64,000 bases of DNA. It comes from an uncultured Verrucomicrobiae bacterium. Its GTDB lineage: Bacteria > Verrucomicrobiota > Verrucomicrobiia > Chthoniobacterales > JAFAMB01. The position numbers were made by a program, and so were the translations under genes. The DNA lies in NCBI GenBank assembly GCA_963837955.1, contig CAWIPH010000002.1, positions 1,344,001 through 1,408,000 of the forward strand. Reading direction: 5' to 3'. Numbering within the stretch: position 1 is the stretch's first letter; every line of letters starts with the position of its first letter. Positions 36,630 through 47,510 of this stretch are shown here, in pieces. The notes beneath the pieces are model-generated. The model saw nothing but the letters and a program-made list of their open reading frames with translations, was not told where the DNA came from and made no database searches.

Positions 36630-38003
36630 ATGGTTCCGCGCTTTCAAGTTCTGATTCCGATCCTTTGCCTGATTGCGTTCGTTAGCCAGGCCAGAGGAGA
36701 AAACGCGGCGAGCATTCCGCTGAATCATTTCATTTATATCATTCAGGAAAATCGAACATTCGATAACTATTTCGGCAGTTATCCTGGAGCAAACGGGATT
36801 CCGGCCGGAACCAAATTAGCTTATCGACCCGGTGGAACCCCTGAAGTCGCGCCATTTCATCTGCACAGTTTAACCATTCCGCACGATTTGAATCACAGCT
36901 GGCAGGCGGCCCGGACTGCTTGGAACAATGGAAAGATGAATGGATTCCTGTGGGCGGAGTGGCCGGCAGCCCTACGCCTCTATTGGGATTCCAAGGAAGT
37001 ACCGAAGCCTGACGTTTCTGTAGTGCATCCGGTAAGTGATGCTGCGGGCGATCAGGGCGTAGAAAAGAGTAGCGAAGCGGAACGAGGCGGACGCTTCGGC
37101 GGAAGAAAGAGGTTTGGCCAACCCAGAGCAGACTCACCCCCTGCTTGGGTGTTGAACACGCTTTCCTACTACGATTGGCACGAAATTCCCAATTATTGGG
37201 AGTATGCCCGGCGATTCACTTTGTCCGACGCATTTTTCTCTTCCCTGATGGGGCCAAGCGAACCCAACCATCTTTATACCGTAGCAGCCCAGTCCGGTGG
37301 CCTGGTTAACAACCCTGGACCTTCCATCGCCCATCAGCCTGGAGTCTACAGTTTCCCGACTTTCGCGGAGTTGCTGCAAGCTTCGCATATCTCCTGGAAA
37401 TATTACGACGAAAAACCAAACCCACGTGCCCATAGCCTATGGAACCCGCTACCTGGCTTTAGACAGTTCCAACAACGTCCAGAGTTGATGCAACGCTTGG
37501 TCTCGAGCCAAGAGTTTGTCGGCGATCTTCAGGCCGGGAAGCTGCCCCAGGTGAGCTGGGTTGTTCCAATCGCGCCGGACAGCGAGCATCCACCCGCTGA
37601 CGTCCAGCGTGGAATGTGGCACGTGACGGAACTAATTAACGCCGTCATGCAGAGCAAATACTGGAACGACAGTGTGATTATTGTCACCTGGGACGACTAC
37701 GGCGGTTTCTATGACCATGTGGCGCCTCCTAGTCTGGACAAGTACGGCTTCGGGCCACGCGTTCCGGCGCTGGTGATTTCGCCATACGCGCGGTCAGGTT
37801 ATATCTGTCATACCCAATTCGATTTCACCTCACCATTAAAGCTGATCGAGAAGCGATTTGGATTGAAAGCGCTGTCGGCGCGAGACGCCGCCTCACCCGA
37901 CATGACAGATTGCTTTGATTTTCAACAGAAGCCTTTGCCGCCCGACATTATCAACCGCGAAACCAAGCTAGATTTTAGCGCGGTCAAAACCACCTTGCCC
38001 TAG
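36630..38003 (+). CDS. Exported phosphoesterase (phospholipase C / acid phosphatase family)
   Basis: Signal peptide; [56 protein letters not shown]. Confidence 0.9.
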   Translation: MVPRFQVLIPILCLIAFVSQARGENAASIPLNHFIYIIQENRTFDNYFGSYPGANGIPAGTKLAYRPGGTPEVAPFHLHSLTIPHDLNHSWQAARTAWNNGKMNGFLWAEWPAALRLYWDSKEVPKPDVSVVHPVSDAAGDQGVEKSSEAERGGRFGGRKRFGQPRADSPPAWVLNTLSYYDWHEIPNYWEYARRFTLSDAFFSSLMGPSEPNHLYTVAAQSGGLVNNPGPSIAHQPGVYSFPTFAELLQASHISWKYYDEKPNPRAHSLWNPLPGFRQFQQRPELMQRLVSSQEFVGDLQAGKLPQVSWVVPIAPDSEHPPADVQRGMWHVTELINAVMQSKYWNDSVIIVTWDDYGGFYDHVAPPSLDKYGFGPRVPALVISPYARSGYICHTQFDFTSPLKLIEKRFGLKALSARDAASPDMTDCFDFQQKPLPPDIINRETKLDFSAVKTTLP

Positions 38004-38193
38004 GATGCTGTTGGAAAACTCACGCGGAGCGCTCGCCTCACCGGTTACGGGCGTTGTCCCAGCGTTGGTAGGGCGAAAATTTATTTGAGCCGGGAGCCCC
38101 TCACTCAAAGCGTTCGCCCTGGCGATCGATCAGCGCAGCAAGGTGTAACAGCAGCCTCCTAGTTCCTGCAGGCCGCACCATTACCCAAGAAAG

Positions 38194-38225
38194 AAAAAGA
38201 GCGTCCCCCGCGGGACGCTCTTTTT
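38194..38225. terminator. Bidirectional rho-independent terminator
   Basis: AAAAAGAGCGTCCC-CCGC-GGGACGCTCTTTTT between two convergent genes. Confidence 0.85.
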
Positions 38226-38282
38226 GATAACTGCGCTATTTGCTAACGGCGTGGATCTTGATTTGGTCCGAGTACCTTCGCT

Positions 38283-41105
38283 TCAATTAGAGGCCAAGTG
38301 CTCTTTCTTCAACAGTAGCGAACGATTACGACGCAGGTCGACCCCGGTGCGGACGGTCGGGTACGGCTTATCACCGTGCAGGCCTTCCCAGATAATCCGG
38401 TTAAACTTGCCTGGATCGATATTGTCTTCGCGGGTGAAGTCGAACTGTTTCGTCTTATCTGCCCAGTAAGCAGCATCGTGCGTTGGTTTCGGAACGACTT
38501 TATTTTTCGCGAACCGATTCGGCAACGGTAACTTCGTGTTGTACAAGTAGGTCGACGGTACCGCATCGAACGTCCATTCCCGCTGGTTAAGGTCGAAGAC
38601 TTTCGTCATCGGTTTTTCCGAAGCGGTCAGTACGTCTACGTGATCGATGTTGAGTATGTCTTCAATCGTTCTGAGCATGTTGACAGTAGTGTACTTCTCC
38701 GAAATCACGACACCCTGCTTCAGGTAAGGTCCAACTACGTATCCGGTCGACCGGTGCGAATCAACGTGATCTGCGCCGTCTTGGGAGTCATCCTCCAGGA
38801 TGAAGATCAAGGTGTCCGACTTGTAGGGGCTCTTGGCTACTTTTTCGATCAGCTTGGCCACGGCGTAATCGTTATCGGCCTGTTGGAGCTCTGGAGTGTC
38901 GACCTCGTCAATCGCTGTGCCAAATGAACCCATATGATCGTGCATCAAGCGTACGATCGAGAGCGCCGGCAGATCACCTTTTTGGACATAACCGTCGAAT
39001 TCCCGTTCCCACTCTTTCTCCCGCCAGAAATCCGGGAGGGCATTGTCAAAAGCGCGGAAGTAGAGGTCGGTCGTGTTCAGCAAAGCAACCCGAGACGGAA
39101 AAGCGACTTGGACGTGAGCTTTATACGGATCTCGTAGAAGAGGCGTTGCTTGGCCATTCGGGAGAAAATAGGGCGTCAGATCGCAATGGTATCCGTAATT
39201 GCGAAAAGTTTTACCCGCCCGGGCGACGGCATCCCAGATATAGCCTTGCTGGACGTCATCATTGCCGGGGCCATCGACCGCTCCGACGTCGGCAGTACCA
39301 GGCAGAATATTAGGATCGCTTGGCGAGATCGGATCGGATTTCTGTCGCTCTTGAGGAGTGGCAAAGCCGACGTTAATGTCACGATTCTGGCCCTCAGAAT
39401 CGTAGGCAGCACCGCGACTAGAGTAGTTTTGAGGGATGCTGATCGTCGATAGATCGTTTTCGCGTCCGGCAAAACTCCAGATGTGACCGTCACCGCTCAC
39501 ATCACCCGTGTTATAGAAGTTGTCGAGGTCAACGAACTGCTTGACGAGCGCGTGGAAGTTCGGCGTGATCGCTTGTCCGAAGTCGACCAGGGTTGGATCT
39601 CCGTTGCCACGATCCAGATCTCCGAAGAGTTGGTCATAGGTGCGGTTTTCCTTAACTAGATAAATCACGTGCTTGATTCGACTTTGCAGCCCGGTAATCA
39701 CTTTCTCTTCGTCGGCGCTCAGTTTGGCTGTGAAATGGTTGTTTTTCGCAACCTGGGTCGTGAGGTTAGCGAGATCCTGTGCGCTCGGAACTGGGAAGCT
39801 CTGCAAATACGATTTTTGCAGTTCTTCAACGTACTGGTTGGGATCCTTTTGGTTGAAATAGGTCAACCCAGGGTTCGGGCCGGTTACGCCTTTGCCGTCA
39901 ACGACGTAAACATATTTACCATCAGTACTGAGAGTGACCGCGTTTGGTAGGAATCCCGCGGGAATCAAGCCAACCACCACTGGATGAAATGGAATTCCCT
40001 GTATGACCGAAACAGCGTTGGTTCCGCCGAGGGTGACATAAAGAGTGCTGCCATCAGGCGATAACGCTGCACTATTAGGCGCGCTGCCGCGATAGGTTAG
40101 GACTTTGTCGAATGCGAGTTCATCCGGGGCGCTGGCGATCACGCTCTGAAAAAGCGTATTGTCCTTTGTGCTGATAATATCAACCAGATCGCTATTATCT
40201 TCAGTGACGTAGAGGTAGCTCTGCGTTTGGTCGAGGATCGTCTTGAGTGGGTTGCCGGCAACCGCTACCCGCGTAACGATCTTCGGGGTTGTAACAGTCG
40301 CGAAGTCGACAACGACCACTTCGCGATCACGGGCGCTGGAGACATACGCGGTCTTGCTTCCTTTGACCGTAACCCAGAATGGGTATTCCCCTCCTGGCAC
40401 GCCCGATTCCGCTGGGTTAATTATGCCGGGACGGAGATCGAGCTCTTTCACGACGGAGCGACTTTGCACGTCGATAAAGGAGATCGATTCGTTATTATAG
40501 TTTGCGACCACTAACGTTTTTCCATCTTGGGTAATATCAAGGCCACCGGTGAGGCCTGGCAAATCGCCCGGGAAAAGCGCAACGGCTGAGCTATGGCCGA
40601 GCTTGATCGGAGTGCCCGATTCAGCCCACTGACCGTTTTGGATAGTAAACGAGTGGATGTCGTCGTCTCCACCGCCGCCAACATACAAGGTCTGTCCGGC
40701 CGGATCGAAAACGATGCCGACAAAAGCGTTCGGCAGCTGAATCACCTGCTTTTTGACAGGGACGCCATTGCTGATGTCGAAGACGAAGATGTATTCGTTG
40801 TTAAATGAGTTTCCGTGAGTGTCGGTCAAGTTGTTGTGGCCGCCAGTCAAAACGACCAAGGTCTTTCCGTCCGGACTTTTAACTGTGCTGAGAGCGCCCC
40901 CGGCGATAAAGTTCGGGAAGTTGGGGAGATCGGGATTTAAGGCTTCATAGGTCGAGTTGGGCGCAGCCGTCGGGGTAATGGTCAATCCTGAAGGCAGGAA
41001 GGTACCTTGATCGGCATTCGCCAGCGAGAGAGGCGCTAGCGAAGAAATAGCAACCGCGCTGGATAAAATCAGGCGGTGCAGAGGCTTTCTGTTTGGAGTG
41101 AACAT
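38283..41105 (-). CDS. Exported YncE/YVTN beta-propeller plus alkaline-phosphatase-superfamily phosphoesterase
   Basis: Signal peptide; SPDGKTL repeats; IKHVIYLVKENRTYDQLFGD, VSGDGH, ADNDYAV, EDDSQDGADHVDSHRS. Confidence 0.88.
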   Translation of the reverse strand: MFTPNRKPLHRLILSSAVAISSLAPLSLANADQGTFLPSGLTITPTAAPNSTYEALNPDLPNFPNFIAGGALSTVKSPDGKTLVVLTGGHNNLTDTHGNSFNNEYIFVFDISNGVPVKKQVIQLPNAFVGIVFDPAGQTLYVGGGGDDDIHSFTIQNGQWAESGTPIKLGHSSAVALFPGDLPGLTGGLDITQDGKTLVVANYNNESISFIDVQSRSVVKELDLRPGIINPAESGVPGGEYPFWVTVKGSKTAYVSSARDREVVVVDFATVTTPKIVTRVAVAGNPLKTILDQTQSYLYVTEDNSDLVDIISTKDNTLFQSVIASAPDELAFDKVLTYRGSAPNSAALSPDGSTLYVTLGGTNAVSVIQGIPFHPVVVGLIPAGFLPNAVTLSTDGKYVYVVDGKGVTGPNPGLTYFNQKDPNQYVEELQKSYLQSFPVPSAQDLANLTTQVAKNNHFTAKLSADEEKVITGLQSRIKHVIYLVKENRTYDQLFGDLDRGNGDPTLVDFGQAITPNFHALVKQFVDLDNFYNTGDVSGDGHIWSFAGRENDLSTISIPQNYSSRGAAYDSEGQNRDINVGFATPQERQKSDPISPSDPNILPGTADVGAVDGPGNDDVQQGYIWDAVARAGKTFRNYGYHCDLTPYFLPNGQATPLLRDPYKAHVQVAFPSRVALLNTTDLYFRAFDNALPDFWREKEWEREFDGYVQKGDLPALSIVRLMHDHMGSFGTAIDEVDTPELQQADNDYAVAKLIEKVAKSPYKSDTLIFILEDDSQDGADHVDSHRSTGYVVGPYLKQGVVISEKYTTVNMLRTIEDILNIDHVDVLTASEKPMTKVFDLNQREWTFDAVPSTYLYNTKLPLPNRFAKNKVVPKPTHDAAYWADKTKQFDFTREDNIDPGKFNRIIWEGLHGDKPYPTVRTGVDLRRNRSLLLKKEHLASN

Positions 41106-41499
41106 ATGAATTCTGTTGGTGCCGAACCGCGCCTCTTGAGCAGCTAATAACTCAAACGCTCAAACTAGAGCGATTGAGTAACTCAAAAGGCGGAGCGGCC
41201 TTACCTAAGCAAATCCATCGGATAGAAGAATTCCGGTCGGTTATTGTTAATTTTCGGTAACATTCGAACCTAACGATGGCGGAATTGTCATTTTCCGGTT
41301 CTGGCGAAAATTCAATAAAGAGAACGGTTTGTACTCAACAACAGTGAATGACTGCGTTAGGAACTCGCACTGATGCTGTCGGACTGCTCGTTGTCGGGTG
41401 AATTGAGCGACAGTTTTACTACCCCTGATTGTTAGGGCAGAACCCGACACCACCGACTTGTAACGCCGTAGGTCTGGCGGTGCGCACGTCAAGAGATCT

Positions 41500-41793
41500 G
41501 TCCCGTTAGGGACGCTGTGAAAGTAGCCCAGTACGAAGTGCTGGGTAGATGGCAAGAAAGCGGGTGCCGTCCCGGAGGGACGATCGAAAGGTTGTGGTAA
41601 TGGTTTGCAACGCGGCGTTACGCGTGCAGAGGGTGAATCGATCGTCCCTATCGGGACGGAGGCGTCTTAATGCTATTCCCAGCACTTCGTGCTGGGCTAC
41701 TATCACAGCGTCCCTAGCGGGACGGACGCGTTTCAAACACTATCCCAGCAATGGATTGCTGGGATACTATCACGATGTCCCTTTCGGGACGGG
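41500..41793. repeat. REP cluster (GTCCC...GGGACG and CCCAGCACTTCGTGCTGGG palindromes)
   Basis: Five GTCCC-N-GGGAC hairpins and three CCCAG-N-CTGGG hairpins in an inverted arrangement. Confidence 0.75.
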
Positions 41794-41815
41794 ACCCTCT
41801 TTGCCTCTATTCGCT

Positions 41816-43246
41816 CTACCGGTCACGGATATGGTCGTTCGGAAACCGCAGAATGATCGTTGTACCTTTCCCGAGTTCGCTGGCGATTTCGGCCGTGCCA
41901 TGATGCAGCCTCATAATGCTCTTTACGATCGATAAGCCTAGGCCGACACCGTCCCGGGAATTTTCGCCGGTATAAAATCGATCGAAAAGCTTCGGTAAAT
42001 CCTTGGCTGGCACGCCGCTCCCATTGTCTGCCACGGTTACTGCAACCTCCGTTGAATCGCTTCGCAACTCGATCGTTACTTTGCCTCCCTCCGGCACATG
42101 TTTCAGAGCATTAGATAGCAAATTGCTGATCGCTCTGCGAAACAACGATTCGTCTCCGCAAATCACAGCCTCCCCTAAGCTGGCGAGTTCAACGTGCGAC
42201 TCGTTTGCTAACGGTTCATAAAATTCCGCCACCGCACGAATCGACTCATGCGCGGGGAATTGCGATTGATGAATCTGGAAATTCGCTGTTTCGGCACGCG
42301 CCAGGAAAAGCAAACTATCGATTAAGCGGGAGAGTCGCTGGTACTCTTCCAGGCTGGAGCCGAGAACCTGCCGGTATTCTTCAACCGAGAGCGAACGTCC
42401 GAGAGCCACTTCTGTTTCGCCCATCAGATTACTGATTGGCGTTCGGAGTTCATGCGCGATGTTGGAGGAAAATCGTGATAGCCGCCCGAAAGATTCCTCC
42501 AGCCGTTCGAGCATGTGATCAAATTCTGCGCCCAAGGTTGCCAGCTCGCGCGGCCAGGTGCGAGTGCTGATCCGCTCGCTCAAGGCGCTGGCGGTTATGG
42601 CTTGAGCGGCCGAAGTGATTTCCCGGATCGGGCGAATGCCGCGATGTGCAATCCAGGTACCCAGCAGCGCGGATACGGCAGTCGCCAGGATTAGGGCGAT
42701 CACCAACTTTCCTTTATAATCGGCCAGTAACTTCTGTTCGTTCGAAATATCGAGCGCAATTTCGTAGCGATATTTCTCATTAGGTGGTGCACCATTGACC
42801 TCCGCGGCAGCTAACAGAAAAGTATTGCCCTGTGGGACTCGGAGCTCCCTGATGTTACCAATCGGCTGGTCCAATGATGCGGCTGGTGGAAAGACGGCAT
42901 TTACCGGCAACAGCGAGCGAAAACCGGGCGATTCCACGATTGTCCTTCCACGAAGGATGAGGCGCGAAAAATAGACTGCCTGCCGGCGGGCCGCGCTTTC
43001 CCACTCTATTTCTTCCTCCAGAGCATTACGGTCCTCTGGACGCTCGCGCAGTATTTGACGAAGTACCGCGATCTTGTCGGCTAAGATATTCTCTTCTTCC
43101 GAACGCAGGCTTTGGACAAGGGTCCAATAGAGGAAAAAACCGGCCGCACAAAGCACGGCAGTCGAAAGTACAGTATACAGCAGCGCGAGTCGGGCGACGA
43201 TGGACCAGGAACGCTTGATGGGAGATTCAGCGCCGTTCGAGGACAT
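41816..43246 (-). CDS. Heavy-metal-type sensor histidine kinase (CusS/CzcS-like)
   Basis: Two TM helices, HAMP, FSSNIAHELRTP, NLLSNA, DNGSG, FDRFY, GLGLSIV. Confidence 0.9.
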   Translation of the reverse strand: MSSNGAESPIKRSWSIVARLALLYTVLSTAVLCAAGFFLYWTLVQSLRSEEENILADKIAVLRQILRERPEDRNALEEEIEWESAARRQAVYFSRLILRGRTIVESPGFRSLLPVNAVFPPAASLDQPIGNIRELRVPQGNTFLLAAAEVNGAPPNEKYRYEIALDISNEQKLLADYKGKLVIALILATAVSALLGTWIAHRGIRPIREITSAAQAITASALSERISTRTWPRELATLGAEFDHMLERLEESFGRLSRFSSNIAHELRTPISNLMGETEVALGRSLSVEEYRQVLGSSLEEYQRLSRLIDSLLFLARAETANFQIHQSQFPAHESIRAVAEFYEPLANESHVELASLGEAVICGDESLFRRAISNLLSNALKHVPEGGKVTIELRSDSTEVAVTVADNGSGVPAKDLPKLFDRFYTGENSRDGVGLGLSIVKSIMRLHHGTAEIASELGKGTTIILRFPNDHIRDR

Positions 43247-43913
43247 AACCCGCACCGTATACAGAGTGAATCAACGGCTTAGGGAAGGGATAGTCGACTT
43301 TCCGGCGCAACCGGCGAATGGCGACGTCGACGAGATTCGAATCTCCTTCGCTATCCATGTTCCAGATTTCTTTGGCGATGAATTTTCGCCCGAGAATTTC
43401 TCCTGCGTTGCGGGCCAGAAGTACGAGAAGTGCGAACTCCTTTTGCGTGAGTTCCAGCTGCTTAGGACCTCGAGTAACAACGTGGGTCACCAGATTGATT
43501 TCGAGTTCCTCGATTTTGATATTAGTCGGCTGGCGATCCGGACCTCGCCGCAGAATGGAACGGATGCGAGCCAGCAGTTCGGAAAATGCGAAAGGCTTCA
43601 CCAGGTAATCATCCGCACCGAGGTCGAGTCCTTTGATGCGATCGGCGACTTCATCCCGGGCCGTCAAAAAAATTACGGGTGCTAATACAGCTTCTGCTCG
43701 AAGGCGTCTTAGAACGGTCCAACCATCCAGACTCGGTAGCGTGACATCGAGCAGGAGCAGGTCATAGGAGTGTGCCAGTCCCAGCCGCAAGCCCTCGGAG
43801 CCATCCTTTGCGACATCGACTTTCCATCCATGGTCCTGCAATCCATCGCAGAGAAAGGCCGCAGTTTTTGCTTCGTCCTCGACAACAAGCGCTAGCTTTG
43901 GCTGTTCGAACAC
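43227..43913 (-). CDS. OmpR-family response regulator (CusR/CzcR-like)
   Basis: VVEDE, LLDVTLP, FLTARD, GADDYLVKPF, LTQKEF, VDVAIRRLR, GAGY; probable GTG start at 43913. Confidence 0.9.
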   Translation of the reverse strand: MFEQPKLALVVEDEAKTAAFLCDGLQDHGWKVDVAKDGSEGLRLGLAHSYDLLLLDVTLPSLDGWTVLRRLRAEAVLAPVIFLTARDEVADRIKGLDLGADDYLVKPFAFSELLARIRSILRRGPDRQPTNIKIEELEINLVTHVVTRGPKQLELTQKEFALLVLLARNAGEILGRKFIAKEIWNMDSEGDSNLVDVAIRRLRRKVDYPFPKPLIHSVYGAGYVLERR

Positions 43914-44550
43914 AGCAGCGCATAGCGTAGGGTTTAGCGAAACGCAACGGAGCACGGATCAGTTTTTTGGCGCCGAACCTGTCCCTTGGGTAATTAACGC
44001 CAAGATAGGTAGGGCGAAACAGTCCGGCGAATGTTGCGTGTCGGAGGGTGCGCCGCTTGCGGCGCCCGGGCATTATCCAACGTGGACCGAGGAATCGAGG
44101 CAAAGGGATTGTTCGCGAACTTCGAGAAACCGCGGGCTTCGATTTATCATGGATGGTTCCCGGGAGCCGCAAGCGGCTCCCCTCCGTGCGATAAGGTTTC
44201 GGCGTGATTTCGATAGAGGTTTTCGCTGAGACATTCGTCCTGGACAAACGAGCGCTGGCTTTGGCTGTTCGAACACAGCAGCGCATAGCGTAGGGTTTAG
44301 CGAAACGCAAACCGCGAGTGGGTGACTTAGAACTGATTGACGGGAACGGCGTTGCGCGTCGGAGGGTGCGCCGCTTGCGGCGCCCGGGCATTATCCAACG
44401 TAGACCGAGGAATCGAGGCGAAGGGATTGTTCGCGAGCTTCGAGAAACTGAGGCCTTCGATTTATCATGGGTGGTTCCCGGGAGCCGCAAGCGGCTCCCC
44501 TCCGTGCGATAAAGCTTCAGCGCGATTTCGATAGAGATTTTCGCTGAGAC
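43885..44550. repeat. Imperfect tandem duplication (two ~300-350 bp units), each containing a REP/MITE element (44040-44186, 44358-44504)
   Basis: GCTTTGGCTGTTCGAACACAGCAGCGCATAGCGTAGGGTTTAGCGAAACGCAA at ~43895 and ~44258; both MITE copies share the tail GATTTCGATAGAG.TTTTCGCTGAGACA. Confidence 0.85.
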
Positions 44551-44569
44551 AGCGGAACGGCTCGCACCC

Positions 44570-46045
44570 TCACCCCACATACTCTTCCAACGTCGCTGCC
44601 GTTCCTTTGTCGTAAAAGCTCGCGAGGGCTACCTCGACTTCTTTCACGAAGCGCGGATCGGTGGCGACTTCTTCGCTGAAGAGCTGGCGCATTGCCAGTA
44701 ATCGCCCCGGATCTTTTCCACCGGCTGCTGCCGCTTCTTTCAACTGATCCAACATCGGGTCTTTCATCGGCACCGGCTTTCCAGCGTCATCTTTTCCGGC
44801 GAGATAACGAAACCAGCTCGCGACGGTTAAGCTGAGCAATTTAATGGGTCCGCCGCGTTTCAGTTGATCGCTTATCGATGGCACTACGAATTTCGGTATA
44901 CGAGCCGAACCTTCTGTGCCGAGGCGTCCCAGCGTATCCCGGATTGCCGGGTTGGCGAATCGTTCGATCAGTGTGTTCTTGTATTGCGTCAGATCGATCC
45001 CGGGAACTTCCGGCAATATCGGGGTCACTTCGACATCCATCATCTTGCGCATGAGCGCTGTGATTCGCCGATCAGCCATGGCTTCATGGGCGAACTCGTA
45101 ACCGAGTAGCATGCCGACGTAGCAGATTGCCTGATGGCTCGCATTGAGCAGCCGGATTTTCATTTTTTCGTACGGCAACACCTCCTCGGTGAACTGAGCA
45201 CCGACTTGTTCCCAAGCAGGGCGCCCACTCACGAAGTGGTCTTCGATTACCCATTGCCGGAAGGACTCGGTCATTACGGGCCAGCCATCATCGATACCAA
45301 ATTTCTCCCGGACAAGTGCGCGGTGTTCGTCCGTCGTTGCGGGAGTGATGCGATCCACCATGCTGTTGGGGAACGTTGCGTTCTGCTCCAGCCAGTTTCT
45401 TTGCTTAGGGTCACGCAACTCGATAAAAGCCAGCAGCATTTTCTTCGCTACATCACCGTTGCCCTGCAAATTGTCGCACGACATGATCGTGAACGGTGGG
45501 AGCCCGCGTTTTCCACGCCGCTCCAGTGCCTCCGCCAGATAACCAAAGGCGCCCTTGGGCTCGTGCGGATGAGCGAGTTCGTATTGAATGTCCGGATGTT
45601 CGGCATCTAAGTCGCCGGTACCTTGATGCACATAGTATCCGCCCTCGGTTATCGTGAGAGAAACAATATGCGTATCTGGAGACGCGAGCTTTTCTAAAAC
45701 GACGTTTGGATTGCTGGGCGCATGCAGAAAGTTTTGAATCGAGCCGATGACTCGTGCCTCATCGCCGGCGGCGCTCCGTTCGACGACAGTATAGAGGTAG
45801 TCTTGTGAACGAAGCACTTCTCCGATGTGGGAATCGACAGGAAGCAGTCCGATGCCGCACAAACCCCATTCAGATCCGCCGTTCAGATGAAACAGGTCAT
45901 CATTATAGACTGCCTGATGAGCGCGATGGAATCCGCCGACCCCAATATGCGCGATTCTTTGACCAATCCGGCCACGATCATACGTGGGGACACGAACGTT
46001 TGCTGGTAGTGAGCGAAGATTGGCATTCGAGAGCTTTATCGGCAT
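44570..46045 (-). CDS. Mannitol dehydrogenase family protein (long-chain polyol dehydrogenase)
   Basis: HIGVGGFHRAHQA, SLTITEGGY, SCDNL, FPNSMVDRITP, QWVIED, KIRLLNASH, RFANP. Confidence 0.92.
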   Translation of the reverse strand: MPIKLSNANLRSLPANVRVPTYDRGRIGQRIAHIGVGGFHRAHQAVYNDDLFHLNGGSEWGLCGIGLLPVDSHIGEVLRSQDYLYTVVERSAAGDEARVIGSIQNFLHAPSNPNVVLEKLASPDTHIVSLTITEGGYYVHQGTGDLDAEHPDIQYELAHPHEPKGAFGYLAEALERRGKRGLPPFTIMSCDNLQGNGDVAKKMLLAFIELRDPKQRNWLEQNATFPNSMVDRITPATTDEHRALVREKFGIDDGWPVMTESFRQWVIEDHFVSGRPAWEQVGAQFTEEVLPYEKMKIRLLNASHQAICYVGMLLGYEFAHEAMADRRITALMRKMMDVEVTPILPEVPGIDLTQYKNTLIERFANPAIRDTLGRLGTEGSARIPKFVVPSISDQLKRGGPIKLLSLTVASWFRYLAGKDDAGKPVPMKDPMLDQLKEAAAAGGKDPGRLLAMRQLFSEEVATDPRFVKEVEVALASFYDKGTAATLEEYVG

Positions 46046-46146
46046 AGGACGCGGGGGGGGAGTTAGGGGTTAAGCAAAGTATCGGCGAAAGGGCGTATCG
46101 GCGCAACGGTATCGAGCACCGACCTGTCCGCCGACCCACGAAACTC

Positions 46147-47472
46147 CTACCGCAAATACTCCAACCACTGCTCCTGCGCGGCGAACAGCTCGTCTACCAT
46201 TTCATGAATTTGCGGAAGTGTGCAAACGGCCGAGGTCAACGGATCCAGGGCTACGGCATGATAGATTGCGTCCCTCTTTCGATTGACTGCTGCTTCTACG
46301 ATTAGCTCTTGGACGTTAATATTCGTTCTGTTAAGCGCAGCCAGCTGCGGGGGCAAGGGACCGAAGTGGGTTGGCTGAACGCCGTTGCGATCGACTAGGC
46401 AAGGCACTTCTACGCAACACCCGAGTGGCAAATTGTCGATGAGCTGGTGATTTGGCACGTTACCGTTGATCCGAAGGGGCTGATTCGTCTCAATAGCCTC
46501 GATGATGAACGAGCCGTACTCGTGGGTTCGATCCGTCCGAATGGGATCTACCATTATTTGCTTAAACTCCTGGCGAAAACTCTCTAGTCGCTCATAACTG
46601 TGTCGGAGGTATCCGCCGGTCCGGCCAAACTGGAACCAATGGTTCACCTTGTCCGTGAAACGAGGTACCAAGTCTTCTTCCACCATTTGCGCGTTTTTCC
46701 TGAAATAGGGCACGTATTCGCTGGCGTGTCCGCTCGACTCCGTCACGAAGTAGCCAAAATGTTTCATCAACTCGATGCGGACCGGCTCCTCGCCATAGAT
46801 CTCTTTTCGATCAATGACCTGGCGGAGATGGGGATAAAGATCTTCGGTGCCGCGACGGAACTCCAAAAAGAACGCCTGATGGTTAATCCCTCCACAATGG
46901 AAATTTACCTGCTCGTACGGGACTTCTAACCATTTGGCCAACATCTCGCTGGTGCCTTGAACGCTATGGCAAAGGCCAACGTGCGGGCGACCGGTAGCTA
47001 CGTCGATAGCCCAACAGTTTGGCGCCATGGGATTCACATAGTTCAGCAACAGAGACTGGGGGGCGTGCCGGTCGAGTTCGTGGCAAAGGTCGATCAACAC
47101 GGGGATGGTGCGCAATGCGCGAAATACACCGCCTGGTCCGAGGGTGTCTCCCACGCATTGCTCAACCCCATATTTCTTCGGAATCTCGATGTCCTGGGCA
47201 TACGCCTCCAATCCACCTTGCTGAAAAGTAGTAATGACATAATCGGCATTACGAACCGACTCGGCGCGGTCGGTGGACGTGGTAATCCGGGCCTTCAGCT
47301 TGCGTTCGTCGACAATTCTCTGGACGATCTGCCGAGACTCTTCCAATCGACGCGAATCGATATCCATGAGTGAGATTTCACTGTCTTGCAGAGAAGGTGC
47401 GAGCAGGATGTCGCTGCAGAGGTTGCGGGTAAAGACCAGGCTGCCCGCTCCAATCAAGGTTATTTTAGGCAT
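46147..47472 (-). CDS. melA: Alpha-galactosidase, glycoside hydrolase family 4
   Basis: KITLIGAGS, GDTLGPGG, NYVNPM, GLCHSVQGT, GINH, TESSGHASEY. Confidence 0.9.
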   Translation of the reverse strand: MPKITLIGAGSLVFTRNLCSDILLAPSLQDSEISLMDIDSRRLEESRQIVQRIVDERKLKARITTSTDRAESVRNADYVITTFQQGGLEAYAQDIEIPKKYGVEQCVGDTLGPGGVFRALRTIPVLIDLCHELDRHAPQSLLLNYVNPMAPNCWAIDVATGRPHVGLCHSVQGTSEMLAKWLEVPYEQVNFHCGGINHQAFFLEFRRGTEDLYPHLRQVIDRKEIYGEEPVRIELMKHFGYFVTESSGHASEYVPYFRKNAQMVEEDLVPRFTDKVNHWFQFGRTGGYLRHSYERLESFRQEFKQIMVDPIRTDRTHEYGSFIIEAIETNQPLRINGNVPNHQLIDNLPLGCCVEVPCLVDRNGVQPTHFGPLPPQLAALNRTNINVQELIVEAAVNRKRDAIYHAVALDPLTSAVCTLPQIHEMVDELFAAQEQWLEYLR

Positions 47473-47510
47473 AGTAATCGTTCCATGAAGAAGGCGATTG
47501 ATGTTTGGAG

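Noticed and set aside
43762..44580. 272-aa ORF with an internal repeat
   Set aside because: It is a translation of the non-coding tandem duplication/MITE, has Arg/Ser-rich composition and overlaps the real response regulator in another frame.
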